64,000 nucleotides of DNA from assembly GCF_004010195.1 (NCBI RefSeq), contig NC_057749.1, positions 16,370,524 through 16,434,523 of the forward strand, given 5' to 3'. The stretch is from Chiloscyllium plagiosum (Eukaryota). Positions 25,739-38,486 of this stretch are shown here, piece by piece (the first letter of the stretch is position 1; each line of letters opens with the position of its first letter). The notes under the pieces are model-generated. The model was given only the letters and a program-made list of their open reading frames with translations, had not been told where the DNA came from and did no database searches. The position numbers and the translations under genes were made by a program.

Positions 25739-26363
25739 TGTCACAAAGCTGGTTCCTTCCTAAAAGCTGTTCCTTTTCTCAATGATACTGTGTCCTTGAT
25801 TTTTTCCGGAGTTGTCGTAAACGGGCCGGGCTCTGATTAGACTAGTCTGGTACAGGGGATGGAAAGGATTTTGAGAGGCCTTTTGTTTATATGTAAACAG
25901 ATGAGACTTAAGGCCAAAGTGGTCATGTTTTAGAAGTGACCTGTATAATGGAAGGGGAATGGTCAGCTCTCTAGCTGAGCAGTTTAGTCCAGAACTAGTT
26001 GGGAGTTCAACAGTGAGTTGTGTGGAAACAGGATCTTTCTCTCCTTCTGTCCTTCTAACTTCAACCTGTAAGCATTTGTTCCCTTTATACTGTATTTTAA
26101 AGGGGTTTCGCTTAGTGGGACAGTTGTGTATATTCGGAACCGCATAGTTAAGTCTAGTTTGGATAGACTGAGTTCTGTAGAAGTTCTTTATTCTGTTCTT
26201 TGTGTTTAATTGCATAATTTTGTGAATAAATTTTTGTCTGTTTTAAACCTGGTAGTCAACCTCACGAACTTACTCCAGGTAATTTTCACTGTACACTTAC
26301 CGAAACAAATTGCAAAGTTGCCTGCTTAAGAATGTTTGGAGTGGTTTGGCCGAGACCATAACA
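25739..26363 (+). mobile_element. Solo LTR, 625 bp
   Basis: Starts TGTCAC, ends ATAACA; perfect 4-bp TSD CCAC at 25735-25738 and 26364-26367; internal AATAAA near 26225; the host PLE resumes on both sides. Confidence 0.88.
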
Positions 26364-26500
26364 CCACCTATCCGCTCCAGCCTCCTCTCCGATTTATCAC
26401 CATTACCCCCACCTTCCTCTACCTATCACATTGCCAAGTACCTTCCCCCAGCCCCACTCCCTCCCCATTTATCTCTCAGCCCCTTTGGGCCACCCCCTCA

Positions 26501-26535
26501 TTCCTGAGGAAGAGCTCATGCTCGAAACGTTGACT
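26501..26535 (+). ncRNA. Minimal type I hammerhead ribozyme motif with intact core
   Basis: CTGAGGA (26504-26510), A, stem II GAGC-TCAT-GCTC, GAAA (26524-26527), palindromic ACGT, GUU cleavage triplet; stem I is only 2-3 bp. Confidence 0.7.
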
Positions 26536-26644
26536 CTCCTGTTCCTTGGATGCTGCCTGACTGGATGCGCATTTCCATCACCATACTTTTCGACAAAGGA
26601 AGTCCAGCACTGTAAAATGTACCATGGGGCATCACTATGTCTAC

Positions 26645-26826
26645 CTTAATTCGCGAGTTGTCTGGCGGTTCCACAAGCGCTCCTGCACTCTGCGTCTCTC
26701 CTCTTCTGCTGCCTTTTGCTTGTCACTTGCTCCAAGATTTATCAGACAAATAGTATCATACAGCAAGTTGTCTTTCACCTCTCGGTCTAGCTTGGAATCT
26801 GTAGTGAAACTGGGGGAATGGTTCAC
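26645..26826 (-). CDS. TTLL13: TTLL13-like exon 11 (VNHSPSFTTDSKLDREVKDNLLYDTICLINL...)
   Basis: ttccag acceptor, AG|gtagac donor, 182 nt; completes the catalytic LLEVNHSPS motif. Confidence 0.96.
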
Positions 26827-27529
26827 CTGGAACAAAAATGTAGGATGTGACACAATCTGTTCGTTATTCAAATATTTTTAAAAATTACAAAACCATACGT
26901 AGATTCTAATATTTATTGGTTAAGGGAACGTTATCTTGCATTATAGGGAAATTGACCGCCTGGTGTGACAAGCAGCTAAATAAACAAAACTTGATTGATA
27001 TTTATCATGCAATAAATTAATTGATCTGATGAAAAGCAGTGAATGAAGAACTGCACTTGGCTCCAATGCCTCTAACATTACCAAATAAATTAATTATAGT
27101 TCTTGCACCTGATAAAATAGAGGGACTCTGATGTGAATGAAAGCCAGAAGCTGAACTGCACTTCAGCAGCAGATCAGAGGCTCGGCAGTCTATGGGGAAG
27201 AGCTTACCCTAGACCTTTTCAAAACCCCGCCATAATTTACAAGGCTAGAATCGGGAGTGGGAGGGAATACTTGTCAGTGGTCTTGGTGGGTATAGCTGCA
27301 ATAGCAGTTAAGAGGCTCCACACCATTCAGGACAGAGTAATTTTGATGTTTTGTCCATGTCACAAGGTTCAATAGCTTTCTCAGTCTCCCCCATTGTGGC
27401 TGCAGTGTACGTGGCCTAAAGGATACACAGTAGCAAACTGCCAAGGTTATTTTGATAACATCACCCTGTTAACATTGTAGAACAGTTCAGACACTCTCTC
27501 TGTCTTAATCGCAAATCTAGGTATCCTTA

Positions 27530-27935
27530 GCTGTCAGCTTTGTCCAATGAGCAGGTAGTATCATCACAGAATCAAAGGGTTGTGGATTTCTCACCCCAGA
27601 TACTTCAGCATATAATCCAGGTAGTTCTTGCAGGGCAGTATTAAAAGATGCTGCACTATCGGAGGTGCTTGCCTTCAGATGCAACATTTCGCTGAGGTTC
27701 CACAAGGTAGTTTTAGTTATTGCTAATAGATCTTTGTCACGCATTGAAGTCGTCCAGAGTAGCCCCAACATCCTCAAAGCAAATTAACTGGTGACTCATT
27801 TCATTTGTTCTTTGCATGCCCCATACAAATCACCTGTGTTTTTTTAAACTCACAACAATAGCATACTTCAGAAATAATTAACTGCTTATGAACTACTTTG
27901 GGATATCTAACGAATGTGATTAAATCCTTTATAAA
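27530..27935 (+). mobile_element. DeuSINE copy (decayed)
   Basis: Same head and body as 8140-8550 and 31300-31680 (gctgcactatcggaggtgcttgccttcagatg). Confidence 0.5.
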
Positions 27936-28021
27936 GGCAAGTTCTTTCTTCCATTATCAGTTCCCTGAGCTCGGTATTTAGCTTTCTGATACCAAAGTAC
28001 CTTGTTCAAAGTTTCACCCAC

Positions 28022-28247
28022 CTCCAAGAGCCACGGCTTCAAATTGCGATCCATTAGGATATCAAATCCTAATATCTCAAAGCAGGCACTTCCAAAGAGG
28101 CGACTGGAGAAACAAGTCCGATAATTATGTTTTAGGATCGGATAGGCTGAAACTAGAGTCTTAATGATGACATCTTCAATGTCTGCCCAAACCTTTGTTA
28201 TGTCATGTCCACGCTGCTCTAACCATTTGTTGAATGAGGACAGTTTT
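28022..28247 (-). CDS. TTLL13: TTLL13-like exon 10 (KLSSFNKWLE...CFEILGFDILMDRNLKPWLLE)
   Basis: atgcag acceptor, GAG|gtgggt donor, 226 nt phase 2-0; TTL-domain FEILGFD and PWLLE motifs. Confidence 0.97.
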
Positions 28248-29322
28248 CTGCATGAAACAAAACAGAGGATAAATGGACTAACACAAAGATATATAGATAC
28301 TTTATTAGTTTTAATTAATACATCAGACATAATGTTTCTGAGCTGTTGCCCAGGCAAGAATCCAGTGTTGTGTGTTAGCGAATGTTCAATTTTAACTTCT
28401 ATCCTGATACAATGGACTAAATCAACACTGCAACATCTGCATCTATTGAATATTTTCAAGATTTTACATTGAACAATGAGCAGGTCCTATCATTGAAAGC
28501 CAGTTGAAAATGGTGGGGCTTCAGTCACTGGCACCTTTGAAATGGGAACACTGTCTGACTAGCACAACTGGCTTTGGTTACTGGAAATGCTGGCTGAAAA
28601 TAATGACTATGGCACCAGATTTATGATAAAAGTAGAGCTCCTTTCAGATTGCAAAGGCTTTGAATTTAAGTATCAAGGGTTCTTACAAACCAGCCAGCTG
28701 TGCAATGACGCTTGGACCAATACATTCCAATCTAGTGAATGACATCAGTTATGGAGACAGATGAGAGAAACAACAGATGTCCATCATAGAGTGGAGATGG
28801 CTAAAGGGAGAATTGATAAGAGATATTCAAAATCATTACGGTCTTTGACAGCGTAAATGAGGAGCAAATAATTCCAGTGGCATGAGAATCACAAACTAGT
28901 TCACAGCCTTAAGAAAATTGGCAAAAGAACCAGATGCGGCAAAAATACCTTTTTTTGTAACACAGCAAGTTATGAAATGGAATGCACTGCCTGAAAGAGT
29001 GGTGGATTGAAAGGTCATTCACTGGATCAAATGTGTGGATTCAAAAAGGAAATGGATGAAAATTTTTAAAAATATTGTAGGATTATCCGGAAAGAGTACA
29101 AGAGTGGGGTTAATTGGGTACTTCTTTTGAACAGGCAGCACAGGTGTGTTAGGTCAAATGCCCTCCTTCTGTGTTGCATAATTCTCAGAGTGGTCAAACA
29201 ATACCTTAACCCATCATCATCAGGACAACATTGCTAGGACCTTTATGAAATATTTGCTGCATAATGTGACAAAAGATTGTAGGTTTACTGCTAGATTTTT
29301 CCTTCCAACTTGTTAAATGTAC

Positions 29323-29408
29323 CTTTTGCTGCTCCCGTCCCCATCTCTGACAAAGTTCTTGCTGTGCTTGTTGATGGCATAGTTTGTCAAGTGCATGCAG
29401 ATGTCATC
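29323..29408 (-). CDS. TTLL13: TTLL13-like exon 9 (DDICMHLTNYAINKHSKNFVRDGDGSSK)
   Basis: gacag acceptor, AG|gtacat donor, 86 nt; HLTNY motif. Confidence 0.96.
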
Positions 29409-31299
29409 CTGTCATTAACAAATAAAATACTTCAATGGTTTGGGACAGGGGTGATGTAAACTCCACCACAGTTTCGCCTCGCCTCGCTACTCCTCTGCCC
29501 CATCATGTAGCTTTCTCCAGGACTATAACTCTCCAAGACTTCCTTACTCCCCAATTATGATCCTTTGTAAATCCCTGCTTTTCATCCATTTACCATTAGT
29601 GGCCTTTCAGTTACCTGGGTCCTAAGTTCTGGAATCCCCTTACCCAAACTCTCTGCCTCTCTCCTGCTTTAAGGTACTTCAGTAAAAAAATTACCTATTT
29701 CTCAAAGCTTTTGAATACCTGTTACAATAACCTATAGATTGTATGTTAGATTTTGACTGATAATGCTCCCATGAAGCATCTTAGGACATTTCATTATATA
29801 AAAGGGACTATATAATTGCAAGTTGTTTTTTTTTTAAAAAATGTTTTCAAGGCCAGCATTTGTTGCGCATTCTTAACAGACCTTGAACTGAATGGCTTGC
29901 TAGGCCATTTCAGAGGGCAGTTAAAAGTCAACCACATCGCACGTAGGCTAAACTCTATAAGGATAGCAGATTTCCTTCCCAAAAAGACGCAAATGAATCA
30001 GATAGGTTTTTACAACAGTCAATGATAGTTGTCATGGCTATCATCTGAGACTAGTTTTATATTTCAGATTTATTAATTGCATTTAAATTTCACTGGCTGC
30101 CATGGTGGAATTTGAACCTATATCCCCAGAGCATTAGCCTGGGCCTCTGGATTTTCTAGGTTGATGGAATTATGACAATGCCACCATCTTCCCAGTTAAT
30201 TCAGGGACGCATGCCTTAAAGGCAGCTATTGTATACAGATAACATCAGTCTTAATAGATCAATGATTCAGATCTGAGCTGCATTAGCTCATGAAGGCCCA
30301 TTGGTTATCCCCAGAAACTTGACAGTTTTAACGTAAATCACTGCCCTACCAACATCAAGCCTAAAGATTTCATGTCATGAGGGCAGGATATATTACTCAC
30401 TCTGCAGAGACATGGAATTAAAATTGAATATGTTACTAAAAACTGCAGTAATTTGCATTAGACACCCTCAGTGGGTATATGCACTGTTACATGTGATCCT
30501 CAGCTAAACAAAATGTAAGGTATCAAGTTTGACTGCTGATTGGTTTCGAGTTAGATGATCTCAGATGGAAAAACAATTTTATTGGCCCTTGGACTGAGGA
30601 GGGAAATAATTCAGGCAAGACTTCCTGCTGCAACTGGTTACATAAATATTGGGTGCAGATGAAGAACAAATCCTAACTAATCAAGAGTTTGTCCTTGTGG
30701 GCCATACCTGCATAGAATTAGAGGCCACATGTAACATTTGAAACTTTGTTTCCATTAATCCACATGGGATATTGACAGTTTAAGTGAATGAGTAAATAAA
30801 ATGGCAGATGGGGTGTAATGTGGTAAAGTGTGAGGTTTTCCACTTCGGCAGGAATAATAGAAAAGGCAAGAAAGCAGAGTTAAGATCACAGTTAGATCAA
30901 TCATGATGGTAATTAACTGGTAGAGCAAACTCAAAGAGCCAAATGGCCTACTCTTGCTCTTACGTCTAATGTTCTTATGTCTCAAGATGCTGATATTAAC
31001 AGATTTTGGTGTCTTGCTGTGGGATTAATTCACCAATATGGCAATAATGCTAAGAACAGGACTTTGTCATTCCAAATTTATTATTCCATGTGGTCCATAG
31101 CTTAGTTCTGGCATTTTAGCCATTACTGACAAATGAAGGATGATCACTGAGTGAGGAAGTGAGAAGTGGGTGGGTGGCTGGCATTTGTGGGACATTACCC
31201 AACAAGAGTCAGCAGCTTTAAAATAGGTTGGGAGCAAAGGGATAAGAGAAAAAAAAAAGAACAGGCTTCTCTGTTCCCTTACCATGATGACAGCCATGT

Positions 31300-31680
31300 C
31301 TCAGTGGTATCATTTGAGTCAGAAGATTGTGACTTTGAGCCTCAGTCCAGTGAGATGAGCACAGAATCCAGTGTAGCATTGAAGGAATGTTGCATGATCT
31401 GATGTGCCATCTTTCAGGTGAGACAGTTGCCCTCCCGGATGGGTAAAGAAGATTCCATGTCACTATTTTAAAGCAAACCAGCAATCTCCTTGGCTAATTA
31501 CTATTTCTCGACCAATATTAAAAACCAAACACTGCATTCATCATTGCAGAGTTTTCGGTTGGAGCTTGCTGTGCATTTCTAAACTGCCAAGTGGCTACAC
31601 TTCAAAAAACATTTAACTGACTGCAAAGCACTTTGGTATATTTTGAAGTTATGAAAGGTGATATATAAAAGTGCAAGTCC
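31300..31680 (+). mobile_element. DeuSINE copy
   Basis: tctgagtcagaag-type head, tggagcttgctgtgcat, and tail gaaaggtgatatataaaagtgcaag. Confidence 0.55.
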
Positions 31681-31690
31681 ATTTTTCTTC

Positions 31691-31934
31691 AAAACAAAAA
31701 AAAGAACTGCAGATGCTGGAAATCTGAAACAAAAACAGAACTTGCTGGAAAATCTCAGCAGGTCTGGCAGCATCTGTAAAAGGAGGTCAGAGTTAACCTT
31801 TTGGGTCCAGTGACCCTTCTGAAGAAAACAACTGAAGCTCTGAAGGGTCACTGGACTCAAAACATTGACTGCTTTCTCATCACAGATGCTGCCAGACCTG
31901 TTGCATTTCTCTAGTAACTTCTGTTTTTGTTTCT
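31691..31934. mobile_element. Fold-back mini-element of two inverted Neptune-type PLE termini
   Basis: gggtccagtgacccttc (31803-31819) mirrors gaagggtcactggactc (31842-31858); arms extend to aaacaaaaacagaa and ttctgtttttgttt; hammerhead remnants on both strands. Confidence 0.8.
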
Positions 31935-32068
31935 ATCTTTCTCACAACTATGTTAGTTTACTGTGAAAAAAGGGTCTGCTGCACATCCAGAAGCTGCAGA
32001 TGACAGAAATGATTTCAGTGTGCTCAGTAATAACAATAATCTCATGATAACACAGGAAGGAACATTAC

Positions 32069-32212
32069 CAAGTTACTGTGTGAAGGTTCATTGTACTTGC
32101 TGGTTGCAAACCTTGCCAGTCCCTCTTTGTAAATATAGATTCGAAAGGGATCGCAGGATGTAACCAAGACGTAGATACGGAGGTCAAATTTGAAGCCATC
32201 TATGAGGAAAGG
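32069..32212 (-). CDS. TTLL13: TTLL13-like exon 8 ([48 protein letters not shown])
   Basis: tttaaag acceptor, TTG|gtaatg donor, 144 nt phase 0-0; KFDLRIY and GLARFAT motifs. Confidence 0.97.
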
Positions 32213-33214
32213 CTTTAAAACAACATTAAAGTTACATTAGGCAAGCTGTATGATACTTGTCATACATCAAACACCATCTTCATGCTATCTTGCATAGGTA
32301 CAGAGCAATCCAATTAAGCTGCTCAGAAAAGACAGTCTGATAGCAAGGATTAGTCTGTGCAAATCTAGTGGCCTTGCTCTAAAAGGGGGGGGGGGGGATG
32401 AGGGAGAAGGCAAGGGGATAGACAACCAACAAAAATGACTGCAAGTATGAGGTACCGAGAAGGACAGGATAAAATTTCGAATAGAGTAAGCTGGCTGGGG
32501 AGAGGGGCACAAAGGTTTCAGCATATTCAGAACAGGCAGAATCACTGAAGATATAGGACAGGAGAAAGTAACACTACTGTGCCAGAGTTGGTGGCAGGCA
32601 TGCAATGGAGAGACAATACTACAGTGATAATTTCATTGGATTAATAATCCAGAACAATTACCTTCTCAGGACACACATCCACTCCAAGGTTCCACGTATG
32701 CCATCAGCATCAGTATGCCAATCATGGCATTGACTTCCAGTTCCAAAAGTCAGTGCCACGCGTGGACCTTGGAGGACCATGCAGCCAGAAAGAAAATGAG
32801 AGGGTCTCTGGGCCAGAGGTCCACATTAATGTTCTGGAGGCACAAATTTGAATCCCAACTCAGCCATTAAGTCATAAATTGCTTATTAATTCTGGGATTC
32901 AAAATTAATCTCAGTGGATGACCATCAGTTATTGTAAAAGAAATCACTAATCTTTAGGGGGAGAAAAAAGAATCGCCATCCTTACGACCAATGTCTAATG
33001 TCATACCCACAGCAATGTGATTGATTTTTAACAACACTCTGAAATTACTTAGCAAGCCACCAAATTGTGGAATCACAAATGCTCGCTATGGGCGTAATTA
33101 GGATTTAATGGTGGATAATAAGCAAGGAAAGGGATCAAAATTGTATGCAATACTCCAGGTGTGGGCTCATTAATACCTTGTACAGTTCTCTGTAATAATC
33201 TACTCCTTCAACAA

Positions 33215-34890
33215 TTTTATGTCTGTCTGTCGTCACTGAAGAGAATCTAAAAATGTTCTAATAACAGCTTTAAAGCAGGAGATGAAAGGGAGAGAGAACC
33301 TTGGTAAAAATACACTCACTGGGGAGCAGCACTAAACAAACTGATGGAACTGCAGACTGGGAAGTCTTTGGGTCCTGATGAATATCATCTCAAGGTCTTA
33401 AAAAAGGCTAAAGACATAGTAGATGCACTGGTATTAGCTTTCCAAATTTCATGATATTTTTGGAAAGGTTGCATCAGATTGGAGAGTAGCAACTCCTTCC
33501 CAAAAATGGGAGACAGGGAGAGAACATGAAACCATAGGCCAGTTAGCTTGACTTGATGTTTTCATGCAAAAATGTTAAAATTAATCATTTCATGGATAGA
33601 AGATTGGCTGATTCACAGAGTGGGTAAAAGTCTGGTAGATGGAGTGATTGGTAAATATGACAGTTGGAGTTCTGCAGGAATCTGTACTGGAGCCTCAGCT
33701 TTTTATGATATATATCAAAGAATTAGATGAGGGGAAAGGAGGTATGATAACTAAATTTGCAGATGACAGAAAGATAACTAGCAAAGTATGTTGAAGAAAA
33801 ACACCAAAGCTCCTTATGTAGTACCTTCTAAACCTATGACCACTTCCATCTAGAAGGAGAAGGGCAGAAGATACATGAGAGCACCATCACCTACAAGTTC
33901 CCCACCAAGCCACTCACCATCCTGACTTGGAAATATATTGCCGTTCCTTCAGTGTCGCTGGGTAAAAATCATGGAATTTCCTCCCTGTGGGCATTCCTAC
34001 AGCACATACACTGCAGCGGTTCAAGAAGCTAGTTCACCTCCACCTTCTGAAGGGCAACTAGGTACGTTTAATAAATGCTGGCTGAGCCAGTGATACCCTA
34101 TGTTGCATAAGTGAATTAAAAAAAGGACAATAACAAGAGAGCAAACGGAGATATATAAAAAATTTGGCAGATGTGGTATAAAGTGGAAAAATGTGAACTT
34201 GACAAGAACAAAAAAAGCAGTGTTTCTCAGATGGATAACAACTGCAGAAGTACATGGTGTAGAGAGAACTGGGTGTTCTAATGCACAGGTTAGAAAAGAT
34301 TAGTATGCAGGCATAGCAGATAATTAAAAAGGTTAATGGAATGCTATTCTTCATTATGAGGGGAATTAAACATATGTAAGGAAGTGATGTTTCAGATTTA
34401 CAAGGCATTGGTGAGACCACTTCTTAAATACAATTTTGGTTTCCTCACGTAAAAAGTAACATAAATATGTTGAAGACCGTTCAAAGGAGGTTTATTAGAT
34501 TGCTACCTACAATGATAGAGTTGTCTTTTGAAGCTAGGCTTATTTCCACTGGAGTGAGGAGTTACTTGACTGACTGAAATATTTAAGTTTCTGAATATTC
34601 TTGGCAAATGGATTCATTGAGTCCAGAACTATTGAACACTTTAAATTATTTTTCTCTCAGAGGATTGTGCCACTTTAGAAGTCTCTGCCTCAAAAGCTAT
34701 GGGAGATGGGGAGAGGTCATTGAATATTTTTAAGGTGGAGGCAGATAGATTCTTGTTCGGCATAGGAATCAAATATTATTAGGAGAAGTTGGGAATGTGG
34801 AATTTGAAACATAACTAGATCAGCCGTGATCTTATTGAATGGCAGAACAGACTCAAGGAGCTGCTCGAAATTCACATATCTATATGTTCA
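33215..34890 (+). mobile_element. Old CR1 LINE fragment with a nested LINE tail (33810-34110)
   Basis: Degenerate CR1 ORF2 motifs (aaccataggccagttagcttgac, aaatttgcagatgac, ggtgagaccac). Confidence 0.7.
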
Positions 34891-34979
34891 TAAGAATAAA
34901 ATATTTTATCCAATGCAGCTTAAAAAATAATTTTGTTAGCGGTGGTTAAATGAGCAGCACTCATTTCTGGGTCAGAAAA

Positions 34980-35580
34980 TTAAGAACTAGAAGAAGTAGG
35001 CAATTCAGCCCCTCCACCCTTCCCTGTCATTTAATACGAACATGGCTGATCTCATCTTAGCCTCAACTCCACTTTCCTGTCAGCTCTCACTAACCCTTGA
35101 ACCCATTACTAACTAAAAGTCTGTCTCCCTAAATTTACTCAATATCCCAGCACCCACCACACACCGAGAGAGAAGTAATTTCTCCTCATCGGTTTTAAAT
35201 CTTCCCTCCCCTATCCTAAAACTATGACCTTTTATTCTAGATTGTCCAATGAGAGGAAACATCTTTTCTACATTTACTTTTCCAGCCCTCATTAGTATCT
35301 TATTAACCTCAATTACACCCCCTCTCATTCTTCGAAACTCCAGAGTATAAATCTAAACAGCTCAATCTCTCTTTATAAGACAAAACTCCTCATCTCTGGA
35401 ATCAATCTAGTGAACCTCCTCTGAACTGCCTCCTATCCAACTATAATCCCTTCTCAAGGAAAGGGATCAAAATTGTATGCAATACTCCAGATATGGGCTC
35501 ATTAATACCTTGCACAGTTCTCTACTGTTATAACCTACTCCTTCAGCAATAAATGCCCAAATGCCATTTTCGTTCCTTTG
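34980..35580 (-). mobile_element. Old CR1 LINE 3' fragment
   Basis: Antisense CR1 tail gaagtaggcaattcagcccct; ORF 35113-35328 resembles the CR1 ORF2 C-terminus. Confidence 0.75.
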
Positions 35581-35597
35581 AACTGATCCCATACTAT

Positions 35598-38270
35598 TAG
35601 AACATAGAACATAGAACAGTACAGCACAGAACAGGCCCTTCAGCCCACGATGTTGTGCCGACCATTGATCCTCATGTATGCACCCTCAAATTTCTGCGAC
35701 CATATGTATGTCCAGTAGACTCTTAAATGTCCCCAATGACCTCGCTTCCACAACTGCTGCTGGCAACGCATTCCATGCTCTCACAACTCTCTGTGTAAAG
35801 AACCTGCCTCTGACATCCCCTCTATACTTTCCTCCAACCAGCTTAAAACTATGACCCCTCGTGTTAGCCATTTCTGCCCTGGGAAATAGTCTATGGCCAT
35901 CGACTCTATCTATGCCTCTCATTATCTTGTATATCTCAATTAGGTCCCCACTCCTCCTCCTTTTCTCCAATGAAAAAAAGTCCGAGCTCAGTCAACCTCT
36001 CCTCATAAGATAAACCCTCCAGTCCAGGCAGCATCCTGGTAAACCTCCTCTGAACCCTCTCCAAAGCATCCACATCTTTCCTATAATAGGGCGACCAGAA
36101 CTGGACGCAGTATTCCAAGTGCGGTCTAACCAAAGTTTTATAGACAAGATCTCATGACTTTTAAACTCAATCCCCCTGTTAATGAAAGCCAAAACACCAT
36201 ATGCTTTCTTAACAACCCTGTCCATTTGGGTGGCCATTTTAAGGGATCTATGTACCTGCGCCAAGATCCCTCTGTTCCTCCACACTGCCAAGAATCCTAT
36301 CCTTAATCCTGTACTCAGCTTTCATCCTTAATCCTGTACTCAGCTTTCAAATTCGACCTTCCAAAATGCACCACCTCGCATTTATCCAAATTGAACTCCA
36401 TCTGCCACCTCTCAGCCTATCTCTGCATCCTGTCAATGTCCCGCTGCAGCCTACAACAGCCCTCTATACTGTCAATGACACCTCCAAACTTGCTGACCCA
36501 TCCTTCAATCTCCTCATCCAAGTCATTAATAAAAATTACAAAACAGTAGAGGCCCAAGGACAGAGCCCTGTGGAACACCACTCATCACTGACTTCCAGGC
36601 AGAATATTTTCCTTCTACTACCACTCGCTGTCTTCTGTTGGCCAGCTAATTCTGTATCCAGACAGCGAAGTTCCCCTGTATCCCATTCTTCCTGACCTTC
36701 TGAATGAACCTACCATGGGGAACCTTATCAAATGCCTTGCTGAAGTCCATATACACCACATCCACAGCTCGACCCTCATCAACTTTTCTAGTCACATCCT
36801 CAAAGAACCCGATAAACTTTGTGAGGCATGACCTGCCCCTCACAAAGCCGTGTTGACTGCATTCTCGTTTCCCAAAGCAGTCGAGGACAAATCTGGTCCG
36901 GGCCTGGCAACTTGTCAATCTTAATGTTTGACAAGATTTTCAGCACATCAGCTTCCTCTATCTCTATCCATTCCGGCATGCACACCTGCTCCTCAAAGGT
37001 TTCATTCACTACAAAGTTAGTTTATTTTGTAAAGACAGAAGCAAAAAACTCATTTAGGGCTTTCCCTACCTCCTCAGACTCTACACACAAGTTCCCTATG
37101 TTAACCCTGATCGGCCTGACTCTTTCTTTGACCATTCTCTTATTCCTCACATAAGTGTAAAATGCCTTTGTGTTCTCCCTAATCTGTTCTGCCAAGCCTT
37201 TCTTGTGCCCCCTCCTGGCTCTCCTCAGACCATTTTTGAGCTCCTTTCTCGCCTGCCTGTAATCCTCTAGAGCTGAGCTTGACTCTAGCTTCCTCCACCT
37301 TATTGAAGCTACCTTCTTCCTTTTGACGAGAAGCTCCACCACTCTCATCATCCAAGGTTCCTTCATCTTACCCTTTCTTGCCTGTCTCAGAGGGACATAT
37401 TTATTCATCACTCGCAACAACTGTTCCTTAAACAGTCTCCACATGTCTATAGTGCCTTTACCATGGAACAATTGCTCCCAGTCCATGCTTCCTAACTCAT
37501 GTCTAATCACATCATAGTTTCCTCTTCCAAATTAAATATCTTCCCATTTTGGCTAATCCTCTCCTTCTCCACAGCTATGTAGAATGTGAGGCAGTTGTGG
37601 TCACTATCACCAAAATGCTCTCCCACCACAAGATCTGATACCTGCCCCAGCTCGTTTCCAAGCACCGTCTAGAATGGCCTCTCCCCTCATTTGCCTGTCA
37701 ATGTACTGAGTTAGGAAACCCTCCTGAACACACCTTACAAAAACAGCTCCATTCAAATCTTCTGCTCGAAGGAGATTCCAATCAATATTGGGAAAGTTAA
37801 AGTCACCCATTACAACAACCCTACTACGTCCACACTTTTCCAAAATCTACCGACTTATGCTTTCTTCCATCTCCCTGCTGCTATTGGGGGGCCTGTAGTA
37901 AACCCCTAAAGAGGTGACTGCTCCCTTGCTGTTCCTAATTTCCATCCATACTGACTCGGTAGGCAGATCTTCCTCGACAATGGAAGCTTCTGTAGCTGTG
38001 ATACCCTCTCTGATTAGTAGTGCTACACCTCTCCTCTTTCTCCCCCCTCCCTATTCTTTTTAAATGCTCTAAACCTTGGAACATCCAGCAACCATGCCTG
38101 CCCTTGAGAAACCCATGTCTCTGTTATGGCCACAACATCATAGCACCAGGTACTGATCCATGCTCTAAGTTCAACACTTTTATTCCTGATACTCCTTGCG
38201 TTAAAGCAAACACACTTTAACTGATCCCTTGGTTTCTTCCAAGGAAAATCTTTCCCACTAGCTGGTCTAC
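35598..38270 (-). mobile_element. Relatively young CR1 (HER1-like) LINE; ORF2 pseudogene with internal deletions
   Basis: Endonuclease VVVMGDFNFPNIDW, RT QHGFVRGRSCLT and VYMDFSKAFDKVPH, C-terminal [14 protein letters not shown]; (atagaac)n tail at 35598-35618. Confidence 0.95.
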
Positions 38271-38486
38271 CTGTTGGCAGCAGTATTTGCTCCTTTATAA
38301 CAGCGGCTGTGCTTAAAAAGTAAATGGCTGATTGTAAATTGTTTTGGGAAATCCTAAGGTCATGAATATTACAAAATTATAATGTTTCCTTTTTTTATTT
38401 CCTGATCTAATTGTGCAACGATTCAGTACTGGTTTGTTATTGCTAGAATCTGTTTTTGTGCATAAACATGATGTATGTTTTAATAC

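Larger units (their letters stand above)
24725..26600 (+). mobile_element. 5'-truncated Penelope-like element (Neptune-type) interrupted by a solo LTR
   Basis: KPTNSHTYLDYTSSHP...IPYSQ...RICS RT thumb region, CKTC linker, GIY-YIG remnant IYCVYCSRCGLLYIG; terminal hammerhead motif at 26504-26531. Confidence 0.85.
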
